From the NCBI GenBank assembly GCA_947168335.1, contig CAMVLM010000001.1:36997-100996 (forward strand): DNA of 64,000 nt, in the 5' to 3' direction. Positions 9,388 through 18,006 of this stretch are shown here, piece after piece. Each line of letters begins with the position of its first letter. The first letter of the stretch is position 1. Source of the DNA: an uncultured Butyrivibrio sp. Lineage in GTDB: Bacteria > Bacillota > Clostridia > Lachnospirales > Lachnospiraceae. Under the pieces are notes generated by a model, which saw nothing but the letters and a program-made list of their open reading frames with translations, had not been told where the DNA came from and ran no database searches. The translations under genes were made by a program, and so were the position numbers.

Positions 9388-12234
9388 TTATGGTGTTGTA
9401 ATTTCCTCACAGGTGAGTTTAATTAAGTATACATCTCCAGTTGGCATCATAAACGAAATATTCGATCCCTCAATCGTACCATTAGACTCCGCGGAAGAAC
9501 CATAAGTTGCTGAATTAGGATTTTTATCATCATAGCAAACCTTTATTCCTGTTATTTTATACAGTTTACCATTGTCTGATGATATTGTTGCATCAACTCT
9601 AATTGTTTCACCAGGAGAAATTTGATCATCATTTGTCAGTTTTCTATCTCCAATATAAAGCTCCCCTGCTGCAGAAACACCACTTAAAATCCCGTTTGAA
9701 TCAATACATTCAAAATAATTAGAAACATTATATAAGCCTTTATACGTAAGTGATATTGTCACATTATTTGCAGGCATTGTAAATGAACAAGTGACCATAT
9801 CATTAGCTCTATTTTCTAAATCATATGAAACACTCGCACCATCTACTTTAACCTCTGTAAGAAATATTATTTCGTCATTTGTTACTAATTTATTATATGG
9901 AACAGTGAATTCTACTAAATCGTTGTATTCAACATAATTCACATTATCTATAGTAGTAACGCCTTTCGTAAAGGTAACTTGATCACCATTACCTACGCTA
10001 ACTGTATATTGTATAGGTTTAAATACCCCTATCACACTAACATCAGAATCTGGCATTGTGAATGAGCTTCCGTCACTAGAAGACCAACTTAATTCTTTTC
10101 CTGATGCCACAGCATATTCAAACTCGTACCCTGGATTTGCACTCGGATTTATTGTAATTGTAGATTTTTCTTTTGCACTTGTTGGTATACCTAATGATCC
10201 AGCACCTTCAGGTTCAATAGTAATATTAATGTTATAAGTTTTTTCTGGCTCCACATAACTAAAGCTTGCATAGATAGTGACAGCTTTTCCAGGCATGGTG
10301 AAGGAATAACTTCCACCGCTTCCGGATACAGATACGCTTCCGCCGTCAGAATCTTTAACATATACTTCCGAAATCTCGTAATCTGTATCAGGAGTCACAC
10401 TAAAGGAAACGGTATCTCCCTTTGCTGCTGAACTTACACTGCAGGATATGGATCCGTTCTCGGTGCTTCCTGTACTTACGGTATAGGTCTTTTTCTTGAA
10501 AGTAACATATATACTTACTTTGTCATCAGGCATCTTGAAGGTATAACTGTTTTCGCTTCCTTCAAGGGATACGTTTGTTGAGCTGGTTGCAGAAACGTTG
10601 TCCACCTCATACTCTTCGTCGGGAGTAACTGTTATTGTGATTTCCTCATCCTGTTTTGCCTTATCCTTGGATGCGGTTGCTGTTCCTCCCTCACCACATG
10701 AAACCGTGATCTCATGCTCTTCCTTCTCTTTTTCTTTAAAGGATGCACTTACAGTTACGTCCTGCTCAGGCATTATGAATGTGTAGCTACCATCGCTTCC
10801 GGATACGGTCGCGCCTGTTGCGCTTACATTTTCTACTTCATAGCCTTCATCAGGTGTTGCGGATATGCTTACAGTATCTCCCTTTTTAGCAGTAGTTGGA
10901 TTTACAGAAACCTTTCCGTGTTCGACAGCTGAAACGGTGATGTTGTAGGTCTTATCCTTATTGTCATCATCATCTTTGTTATCATCATCTCCGTTATCGT
11001 CGCCGTTGTCATCATCATCGTCATCATCATCATCATCATTATTATCGTCATCGTCGTCTTTATTATCATCATCACTGCCTGATGAACCGCCACCACCGGA
11101 CTGATCATCTGATGATTGGTTATTATCATCTGAACCTGAAGGATTTGAATCACCGGAACCTGTGTCTGAAGGCGTACTGCTTCCGCCACCTGCACCATTA
11201 TTCACGTTAGTATCTCCATCGCCTCCGTCTCCGTCATCACCATTGCCATTACCGGTATTCTGGTTCTGGACACCATTTCCTCTGTTGGTATTATCATTTC
11301 CGGCACCGGTATTACTTGAATCATCTCCTCCTGTGCCATCTGCAGGCGGATTATCATCCCAAACATTATCCTTTGAGACGTTTCTCTGCTGGTTTTCCTC
11401 GTTCTCCTTCTGTGTCTTGAGCTTGTCATCTTTATCCTGCTCATCCTTCTTGATGATGTTTTCTATCTGTTCATCGGTCATCTGTGTTACATCCAGGCCG
11501 CAGGCTTCCTTAATTGACTGAGCTCTTCCGGATTCTTTTATAGCCTTAAGAACATAACCTTTAATTTCCTCGATATTGATCGAGCTTGTTGAAATATTTA
11601 CGGAACCATCACCGGAATCTCCATCAGAAGCGATATTTACACTGAACAGACCACTCTGTCCGGGTAAAAGCTCAACAGTTGCTGTCTTTTTTGTAGCAGT
11701 ATTCATCAGATAACATTCAAGTTTTCCGGTATAAAGATTGACTACGATATTGCACTGGTCAACAACTGTGATATCTGCATTTGTTCCGCGGATACCCATT
11801 ATCATACTTGAAGTCTTAATGGTGAGTGATTCGGTAACATCCAGCGGCTTGTCTACATCAAAATAGAGCCCTCCTTTATCCAGAAGAACTTCTAATTTTT
11901 TGCCATTCTGTCTGACCTCCGCCTCACTGACCGCATCAAGCTTGATGGCTTTGCTGTCATCGAGATTAAAATACGCATAACTCTTGGATTCAGTAATTAC
12001 ATGGTTTCCTGCAAAGAGTCGCATATTCATGGACGTCTTTAAATCCTTGCCCGCGCTGTCCTTAACCCCAACTGTTCCTTCAGTTTTAGACATTCGGATC
12101 GTACTTGCAGCATCTGATTTGGTCTCTGCTGCTCCTACACGGAACGCGGCTAAATTCAGATTTGTAATCAAAAACATCATCGACACGGCAACATATACTG
12201 CCCTGCTCCACATCGATTTTCTAAATAATTTCAC
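9388..12234 (-). CDS. Secreted protein: FecR-like domain, Asp/Gly/Asn-rich linker, about 6 InlB B-repeat-like (Flg_new-type) domains
   Basis: GGAGGAG RBS before GTG 12234; signal peptide; FecR hallmarks (IKTSSMIMGIRGT, VELLPGQ); repeats T-P-D-x-x-Y...F-x-M-P-x-x-x-V. Confidence 0.8.
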   Translation of the reverse strand: MKLFRKSMWSRAVYVAVSMMFLITNLNLAAFRVGAAETKSDAASTIRMSKTEGTVGVKDSAGKDLKTSMNMRLFAGNHVITESKSYAYFNLDDSKAIKLDAVSEAEVRQNGKKLEVLLDKGGLYFDVDKPLDVTESLTIKTSSMIMGIRGTNADITVVDQCNIVVNLYTGKLECYLMNTATKKTATVELLPGQSGLFSVNIASDGDSGDGSVNISTSSINIEEIKGYVLKAIKESGRAQSIKEACGLDVTQMTDEQIENIIKKDEQDKDDKLKTQKENEENQQRNVSKDNVWDDNPPADGTGGDDSSNTGAGNDNTNRGNGVQNQNTGNGNGDDGDGGDGDTNVNNGAGGGSSTPSDTGSGDSNPSGSDDNNQSSDDQSGGGGSSGSDDDNKDDDDDNNDDDDDDDDDDNGDDNGDDDNKDDDDNKDKTYNITVSAVEHGKVSVNPTTAKKGDTVSISATPDEGYEVENVSATGATVSGSDGSYTFIMPEQDVTVSASFKEKEKEEHEITVSCGEGGTATASKDKAKQDEEITITVTPDEEYEVDNVSATSSTNVSLEGSENSYTFKMPDDKVSIYVTFKKKTYTVSTGSTENGSISCSVSSAAKGDTVSFSVTPDTDYEISEVYVKDSDGGSVSVSGSGGSYSFTMPGKAVTIYASFSYVEPEKTYNINITIEPEGAGSLGIPTSAKEKSTITINPSANPGYEFEYAVASGKELSWSSSDGSSFTMPDSDVSVIGVFKPIQYTVSVGNGDQVTFTKGVTTIDNVNYVEYNDLVEFTVPYNKLVTNDEIIFLTEVKVDGASVSYDLENRANDMVTCSFTMPANNVTISLTYKGLYNVSNYFECIDSNGILSGVSAAGELYIGDRKLTNDDQISPGETIRVDATISSDNGKLYKITGIKVCYDDKNPNSATYGSSAESNGTIEGSNISFMMPTGDVYLIKLTCEEITTP
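10952..11073 (-). repeat. Imperfect (GAT/GAC)n trinucleotide repeat encoding a poly-Asp tract
   Basis: tcatcatcatcg... runs on plus strand; DDDNKDDDDDNNDDDDDDDDDDNGDDNGDDDNKDDDDNK. Confidence 0.85.
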
Positions 12235-12265
12235 GCCTTTCTCCTCCTGGTGCATAACTAACGAT

Positions 12266-13081
12266 CTATATTATTTCTATTTTTTCTCCGGCTTTTGCAA
12301 ATGTAATATCATCTCTACCAAGTTTTTCTTCGAGTTTCTTTAACGCATTATCATCCCTGAAAGGATCATGGTGAATGAGCAGTGTCTTTTTTACTGCGCC
12401 TGCCTGTGAATATTTAATTGCTGTTTCAGGGGTTGAATGTCCAAAACCTTTTCTTTTTGCGTACTCTTCCTTTGTATACTGCGCATCACAGAGGAATAGA
12501 TCCGCATCTTTTATAAATGAAACTATTTTTTCATCCGGTTCATCTGAAAGTTCACAATCAGTAAAATAAACCAGTTTCTTTCCACAATATTTTATCGAGA
12601 ATCCCAGACTTCCGCCGGGATGGCAAAGGCTTATGCCTTCTATTACTATGTTTTCTCCATCATCCGGAATTATTAGCGGAAGCTCCAGATCAACATATAC
12701 AAAATCAGAGGGATATTCCGCTATGGTCAAAGGCCAATAGGGTTGTGAAAAAGCTTTTTCTATCTGAACATCTATGGATTCTCCGTTCAGCTTCTTTCCA
12801 TACAGCGTAATGGATCTGTCCTTCTTGGATAATTCAGGGAAAAATGGCAGACCTATTATATGGTCAAGGTGCGGATGTGATAAAAGCACATGAAGATTTT
12901 CTCTGTGATCCAAATTGGGAGCTTCAATTATCCCCGTGCCGGCATCAAGTAAAATCACCTGTTCACCTGCTTCAACCATGTAACATGAACTGGCCCCGCC
13001 ATATATGTTGTATTCGCTGCCACTTACCGGCACTGAGCCTCTTGCTCCCAAAACGGTAAGAGTGAATTTTCTATCCCCCAT
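12266..13081 (-). CDS. MBL-fold metallo-hydrolase (Lactamase_B_2-like), putative cyclic-nucleotide phosphodiesterase
   Basis: GARGSVP, DAGTG, HxHxDH (HPHLDH), HPGG, CDAQY, GHS, HHDP; AGGAG RBS before ATG 13081. Confidence 0.85.
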   Translation of the reverse strand: MGDRKFTLTVLGARGSVPVSGSEYNIYGGASSCYMVEAGEQVILLDAGTGIIEAPNLDHRENLHVLLSHPHLDHIIGLPFFPELSKKDRSITLYGKKLNGESIDVQIEKAFSQPYWPLTIAEYPSDFVYVDLELPLIIPDDGENIVIEGISLCHPGGSLGFSIKYCGKKLVYFTDCELSDEPDEKIVSFIKDADLFLCDAQYTKEEYAKRKGFGHSTPETAIKYSQAGAVKKTLLIHHDPFRDDNALKKLEEKLGRDDITFAKAGEKIEII

Positions 13082-13089
13082 TGTCACTC

Positions 13090-14166
13090 CTATGATTCAA
13101 CCTTCTCGTAGCCCTCAATTGTTTCCTTGATTACCTGATTACGTCCGGTTTCTTTTGCTATATAAAGTCTGGTGTCTGCAACTTTTATATTTTCCTCAAC
13201 TGATACATCAGGTGACATTTCGTTGCAGCCAAAGCTCATGGTTATCTTTATATCTGTTCCTTCAAAGGTGCAGACAGAAGCCTCTATTCTCTTTCGGATA
13301 CGCTCTGCTACTTCAGCAGACTGATCCAGGTTTGCCTTTGCAAGGAAAATGATAAATTCCTCGCCGCCCCACCTGTAAACTGTATCGGATTCACGTACTG
13401 AATCCTTAAGATTTTTAGCAACATGTTCAAGAACGGCATCTCCGGCATTATGTCCGTAGGTGTCGTTTACTCTCTTAAAGTGATCTATATCGCACATGAT
13501 GATGGAGACAGATACCTTCTCCTCCTCAGGCAATTTCATAAGTTTCAGATATTTTGAAATATAATCGCTGTGAAGTCCCATTCTGTTTCTAAGCTTGGTC
13601 AGCTTATCTGTCTGGGAATCGCTGAGGAATGAGTCTGCTTCAAGTGTTATTCCGCATACAACCGCAGCAACTGAAAGGCGCCTTACATCGCGCTCTAAAA
13701 CAAAGCCCTCATCAGTCAGTTTGTTGATTGCCTGATATGCACCTATCATTTCACCTTTGCAATTAAAACATGGGATTACTAAAATTGATTTTGTGGTATA
13801 GCCTGTTGCCTTGTCCACATTGGAATTGAAGTCGGGACAATTATAGGGATCATTTGTAACAACAGGTTTCTTTTCTCTGATTGCACGACCAACAAGACCA
13901 GTGTTTTCATCAATAACAATCTGATCTGTTCCTACAGCTGCATTGGTAATAAGTTTGTGATTAATCTTATCCCATTTCCAGAAACTGCATCTGTCAGCTT
14001 CGACAAGTGTGCGCCCAAGGTCCGCGAAAAGATGGAACAATCCGAAATGATCATTCCAGCCTCCCTCTTCTTCCGCAGTACTCATCTTGTTGTACAGGTC
14101 CTGCATTATATCAAGTGTTTTATCGAATAATTCAACCTTGTTAGTCTCTGTCTGTTCTTTACTCAT
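13090..14166 (-). CDS. GAF-sensor diguanylate cyclase
   Basis: GAF domain (FNSNVDKATGYTTKSIL...QAINK), DIDHFKRVNDTYGHNAGD, RxxD I-site (RESD), intact GGEEF. Confidence 0.93.
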   Translation of the reverse strand: MSKEQTETNKVELFDKTLDIMQDLYNKMSTAEEEGGWNDHFGLFHLFADLGRTLVEADRCSFWKWDKINHKLITNAAVGTDQIVIDENTGLVGRAIREKKPVVTNDPYNCPDFNSNVDKATGYTTKSILVIPCFNCKGEMIGAYQAINKLTDEGFVLERDVRRLSVAAVVCGITLEADSFLSDSQTDKLTKLRNRMGLHSDYISKYLKLMKLPEEEKVSVSIIMCDIDHFKRVNDTYGHNAGDAVLEHVAKNLKDSVRESDTVYRWGGEEFIIFLAKANLDQSAEVAERIRKRIEASVCTFEGTDIKITMSFGCNEMSPDVSVEENIKVADTRLYIAKETGRNQVIKETIEGYEKVES

Positions 14167-14275
14167 ATTTTTCCCCTCATGCTAAAAAATAAGCAGAATC
14201 AGAATTACAGATTTACAATTTAATTTATTATAAAACAATTCTATTATGATTAAAACTTTATTATGTATATTTTTA

Positions 14276-14476
14276 TCAGATTTCCGGCTCGATTACATGC
14301 TCAATTATCTCTTCCATCAACTGTTCATTTATTTTCTTTGCCTCATCAACAGCATCATCATATCCTGTCAGTGCCGCAAAAGGAGCAAACTGTGCTGCTC
14401 TGTTTTCAATGGGCATTGGCGCATGATTCTTTGAGATGGGTCTTTTCAGATTTATAATGTCATCATATTTTCCCAT
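14276..14476 (-). CDS. Short YolD-like accessory protein of Y-family polymerase
   Basis: YDDIINL...RAAQFAPFAALTGY motif; start overlaps polymerase stop (TGATG). Confidence 0.75.
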   Translation of the reverse strand: MGKYDDIINLKRPISKNHAPMPIENRAAQFAPFAALTGYDDAVDEAKKINEQLMEEIIEHVIEPEI

Positions 14477-16026
14477 CAGGCCTTATGCCCTCCTATCTGA
14501 TTATTTCTGTCTCTCATGGTTGCACCTTCTTCGAAGGATGTCCCTTTGAGAATTGAATTTTTACCGTATCTTTTCTGAATTTCCAAAAGCGCTTTCTGCA
14601 GGGATTTCTCTTTTTCGTCCTGCTTTTTCTGCTTTTCTTTCTTAAGCTCATCCTCTTCTACATTGTCAAAAAGGCTAAGCTGTTTAAAGTTCTCTCTGTC
14701 TTTTTTCTCAGCGGAGTCCTCAGATATAACATGGCATGCAGCAATCGTAACCCTTCTGATTAAAAGATCCGGGTTCACATTGCTGTCATATATATTAAGT
14801 GCCGCGTCAACAATATGGCTGCTTATCGAAGTAAAGTATTCCAGGTTTTCAGTTCCGTGGTCGTGTTCCGGAACCTCTCTTCCGTAATAATCTTTTTTGA
14901 TGTTTCCTTTAAATTTCTTTCTGATATTGGAATCTGAAAGACTCTCTATATCATAACCTATGGTAAGAATTATCTGATCGGTGACTTTGTGGGTATCAAG
15001 AAGCTGCATTGCAAGCGCATCCGCCATCTCTTTAACAATAATCCTTGCTCTGTCATAGGTATATGGACAGTGAAGAACCTGCCCCTGACTTAAGCTGTTG
15101 TTTTCCGGTTTATATGCTTTAACAAGATCCATGGTGCAGGGCTCATATCCCCATGCGTGATCAATGAGAAGTTCTGCATTTATTCCGAAGGTTTTATACA
15201 GAAGTTCCTCGTTGTGAAACTCATGCTCTGATCCCAGGCTGCATCTTGCGATGTCTCCCATGGTATAAAGTCCAAAGCCCTCCAGTTTTTTGGCATATCC
15301 TCTTCCCACACGCCAAAAGTCAGTTATAGGTGTGTGCTCCCATAGTTTTTCTCTGTAAGTCTGTTCATCAAGCTCCGCTATTCTGACACCGTATTCATCA
15401 GCTTCAACGTGCTTGGCAACAATGTCCATGGCAACTTTGCTAAGATAAAGGTTGGTTCCTATTCCTGCAGTCGCAGTTATTCCTGTTTCGAACAATACTT
15501 CAAGAATCATCTTCCTGGTCAGTTCTTTTGCAGTCATTTTATAGGTGTTAAGATAAGCAGTCACATCCATGAATACTTCATCAATTGAGTAAACATGGAT
15601 GTCTTCAGGAGCCACATATTTCAGATATATTCTGTAAATCTGAGTACTGATAGCCATGTATCTGGCCATTCTGGGAACAGCGGCTATGAAGGAGAGCTTA
15701 AGAGCTGGATTATTCTCAAGCTCATCTTCATCATCTGACTCACCGCTAAATACATGACCCGGAGCTTTCCTTAATCTTTCATTGTTTATTTCTTTTACTT
15801 TCTGCTCTACTTCAAAAAGTCTGGCTCTCCCCGGTATTCCATATTTTTTCAGACTGGGAGATACCGCAAGGCAGATGGTCTTGGAGGTCCTGCTTCTGTC
15901 TGCCACTACAAGGTTTGTGGTCAGCGGATCTCTGCCAATGTCTCTGCACTCAACAGACGCATAGAAAGATTTCAGGTCTATAGCTACATATATTCTGTTT
16001 TTTCCCGGATCATTGTTTTCTATCAC
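14476..16026 (-). CDS. Y-family (UmuC/UvrX/YqjW-like) translesion DNA polymerase
   Basis: DLKSFYASVE, YSIDE, beta-clamp motif QLSLF, RecA-N-terminus-like ALLEIQKRYGKNSI, GGHKA end. Confidence 0.92.
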   Translation of the reverse strand: MIENNDPGKNRIYVAIDLKSFYASVECRDIGRDPLTTNLVVADRSRTSKTICLAVSPSLKKYGIPGRARLFEVEQKVKEINNERLRKAPGHVFSGESDDEDELENNPALKLSFIAAVPRMARYMAISTQIYRIYLKYVAPEDIHVYSIDEVFMDVTAYLNTYKMTAKELTRKMILEVLFETGITATAGIGTNLYLSKVAMDIVAKHVEADEYGVRIAELDEQTYREKLWEHTPITDFWRVGRGYAKKLEGFGLYTMGDIARCSLGSEHEFHNEELLYKTFGINAELLIDHAWGYEPCTMDLVKAYKPENNSLSQGQVLHCPYTYDRARIIVKEMADALAMQLLDTHKVTDQIILTIGYDIESLSDSNIRKKFKGNIKKDYYGREVPEHDHGTENLEYFTSISSHIVDAALNIYDSNVNPDLLIRRVTIAACHVISEDSAEKKDRENFKQLSLFDNVEEDELKKEKQKKQDEKEKSLQKALLEIQKRYGKNSILKGTSFEEGATMRDRNNQIGGHKA

Positions 16027-17819
16027 TTATATAATTCTTCCATCTCAGTAAGAGCTTCACCAAATACTTCAAGTGCTTCCTCAATTGGCTTTGCTGTAGT
16101 AAGATCAACACCTGCGATCTTAAGGAGGCTTACGGGATCCTGTGTGCATCCGCTCTTTAAGAATTTCTTGTACTGTTCAACAACCACATCTCCCTCTTTC
16201 AGGATGCGGCTTGCTATTGCAACTGCTGCAGCAAAGCTTGTTGCATACTGATATACATAGTAGTTCATGTAGAAATGAGGAATTCTGCTCCACTCATATC
16301 CGATAAGTTCATCGGAAATCATTGAATCACCAAAATACTGTTTGTTGAGTTCAAGATATACATTGTATAAAGCATCTGCCGTAAGCGGCTCACCGTTTTC
16401 TGCCATTGTGCCTGTCTTCCTTTCAAACTCTTCAAACATTGTCTGTCTGAACATTGTTCCCTTGAAGCTCTCCAGGAAGTGATTAATAATGTAAGCTTTT
16501 TCTTCTTTGGTCTTTGCATTTTCCTTGAGATAGTTGTACAGAAGTACTTCATTAGTTGTTGATGCTACTTCCGCAACAAATATCTTGTACTCGGAATCCA
16601 GAATGTTATGCTCGTGCTCTGAATACCAGGTATGCATTGAATGGCCCATTTCATGTACAAGGGTAAACAGATCATCCAATGTGTTGTTGTAGTTAAGAAG
16701 CATGTAAGGATGTACTCCGTAAACACCGCTGGAATATGCTCCGCTTCTCTTTCCTTCATTCTCAAGAACGTCTATCCATCTCTCCTTATAAGCTGTTTTT
16801 ACAACGCTTAAATACTCTTCTCCAAGAGGTGCGAGAGCCTTAAGAGATATGTCTTTTGCTGTCTCATAGTCTACTTCTGATTCGTAATCACTTACCATTG
16901 ATACGTAAACGTCATACATATGGAGCTCATCAACGCCAAGAAGCTTTTTCCTGAGATCCACGTATCTGTGCATTTTATCGAAGCCATCATGTATTGTGTT
17001 TATAAGTCTGTCACAAACAGCCGGATCTACATTGTTTCCATTGACAGCTGCTTCAAAAGCACCGCTGTATTTTCTTGCTTTTGATGAAAAGATTCTGCTT
17101 TTAACTTCTGCATCATATAAAGCTGCAAGGATATTCTTAAATTCCTTGTACTTTTCATAATAAGCTTCGAATGCATTTTTTCTGAGTTCTCTGTCCCTGG
17201 ACATCTCAAGGGGAACGAATCTGCCGTTTGAAAGCTGATGATCTTTTCCCTCTGAATCTTTAACATCCGGGAACTTCATGTCTGCATTTGAAAGCATTGA
17301 ATATCCCTTTCTGGGAGATGACTGAAGTTCTCCTGCTGATGCAAGAAGCTGCTCCATCTCCTTGTTAAGGGTGTGGTCCTTCAGTCTTCTTATTTCATTT
17401 ACAAAAACATCAAAACGCTTGAGTTCTTCGTTTTCCTCTCTGAATCTGTTAAGTGTGTCATCAGAAATATCAAGAATTTCAGGACTCATAAAAGATATTT
17501 TTTCATCTGCGCCTACATATGCTGACATGGCCTTCTGTGCCATTCCCTGATATTTGGAATTTGCAGTGTCCTCATCCTGTCTCATAGATGCATAGCCATA
17601 TACTCTTGAAAGAAGAAGTTCCATCTCCTCATAAAGCTTTAGTACTTTCACAAGATTATCAGCACTTTCAGCTATCTTGCCTTCATATGTCTTTATCTCA
17701 TCAGCAACTTTACTGACTTTTGCTATCTCCTCATCCCACTTTTTTTCATCATCATAAATATCCTCAAGTCTCCAGGTGAGCTCTTTTGCCACCTCTTCTC
17801 TTTTCGGTAATCTATCCAT
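16023..17819 (-). CDS. pepF: Oligoendopeptidase F
   Basis: TWRLEDIY, KRSGAYS, HEMGHSMH, AEVAS, RIPHFY, YVYQYAT. Confidence 0.95.
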   Translation of the reverse strand: MDRLPKREEVAKELTWRLEDIYDDEKKWDEEIAKVSKVADEIKTYEGKIAESADNLVKVLKLYEEMELLLSRVYGYASMRQDEDTANSKYQGMAQKAMSAYVGADEKISFMSPEILDISDDTLNRFREENEELKRFDVFVNEIRRLKDHTLNKEMEQLLASAGELQSSPRKGYSMLSNADMKFPDVKDSEGKDHQLSNGRFVPLEMSRDRELRKNAFEAYYEKYKEFKNILAALYDAEVKSRIFSSKARKYSGAFEAAVNGNNVDPAVCDRLINTIHDGFDKMHRYVDLRKKLLGVDELHMYDVYVSMVSDYESEVDYETAKDISLKALAPLGEEYLSVVKTAYKERWIDVLENEGKRSGAYSSGVYGVHPYMLLNYNNTLDDLFTLVHEMGHSMHTWYSEHEHNILDSEYKIFVAEVASTTNEVLLYNYLKENAKTKEEKAYIINHFLESFKGTMFRQTMFEEFERKTGTMAENGEPLTADALYNVYLELNKQYFGDSMISDELIGYEWSRIPHFYMNYYVYQYATSFAAAVAIASRILKEGDVVVEQYKKFLKSGCTQDPVSLLKIAGVDLTTAKPIEEALEVFGEALTEMEELYK

Positions 17820-18006
17820 TTTATCTATTCCTCCATTAGTTTATTCTTATAAAAGCAATAATAATTATAACATAGGATATTGCTTATCACATTTGTGTAT
17901 ATTTTTAAGTGATATATTAAACTTTCATAAAATATCTGCTATAAAAGGTCTCTTTATCTTTCATAAGGTTATAATTATTTTATCGAAATATTATCAAGGA
18001 GAGACT

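Noticed and set aside
10902..11521. Alternative-frame ORFs with poly-Met/poly-Ser
   Set aside because: Frame artefacts of the poly-Asp/Gly low-complexity linker
14167..14275. c-di-GMP riboswitch ahead of the DGC operon
   Set aside because: No GEMM-like GNRA/receptor stems; only AT-rich promoter-like sequence
16449..16459. GAAC-ATT-GTTC as LexA box for the Y-family polymerase
   Set aside because: Spacer is 3 nt rather than 4, and it lies inside pepF about 420 nt from the polymerase start
17776..18006. 77-aa N-terminal extension of the EAL ORF
   Set aside because: Overlaps the pepF start and the AT-rich divergent promoter region; the good RBS is at ATG 18007
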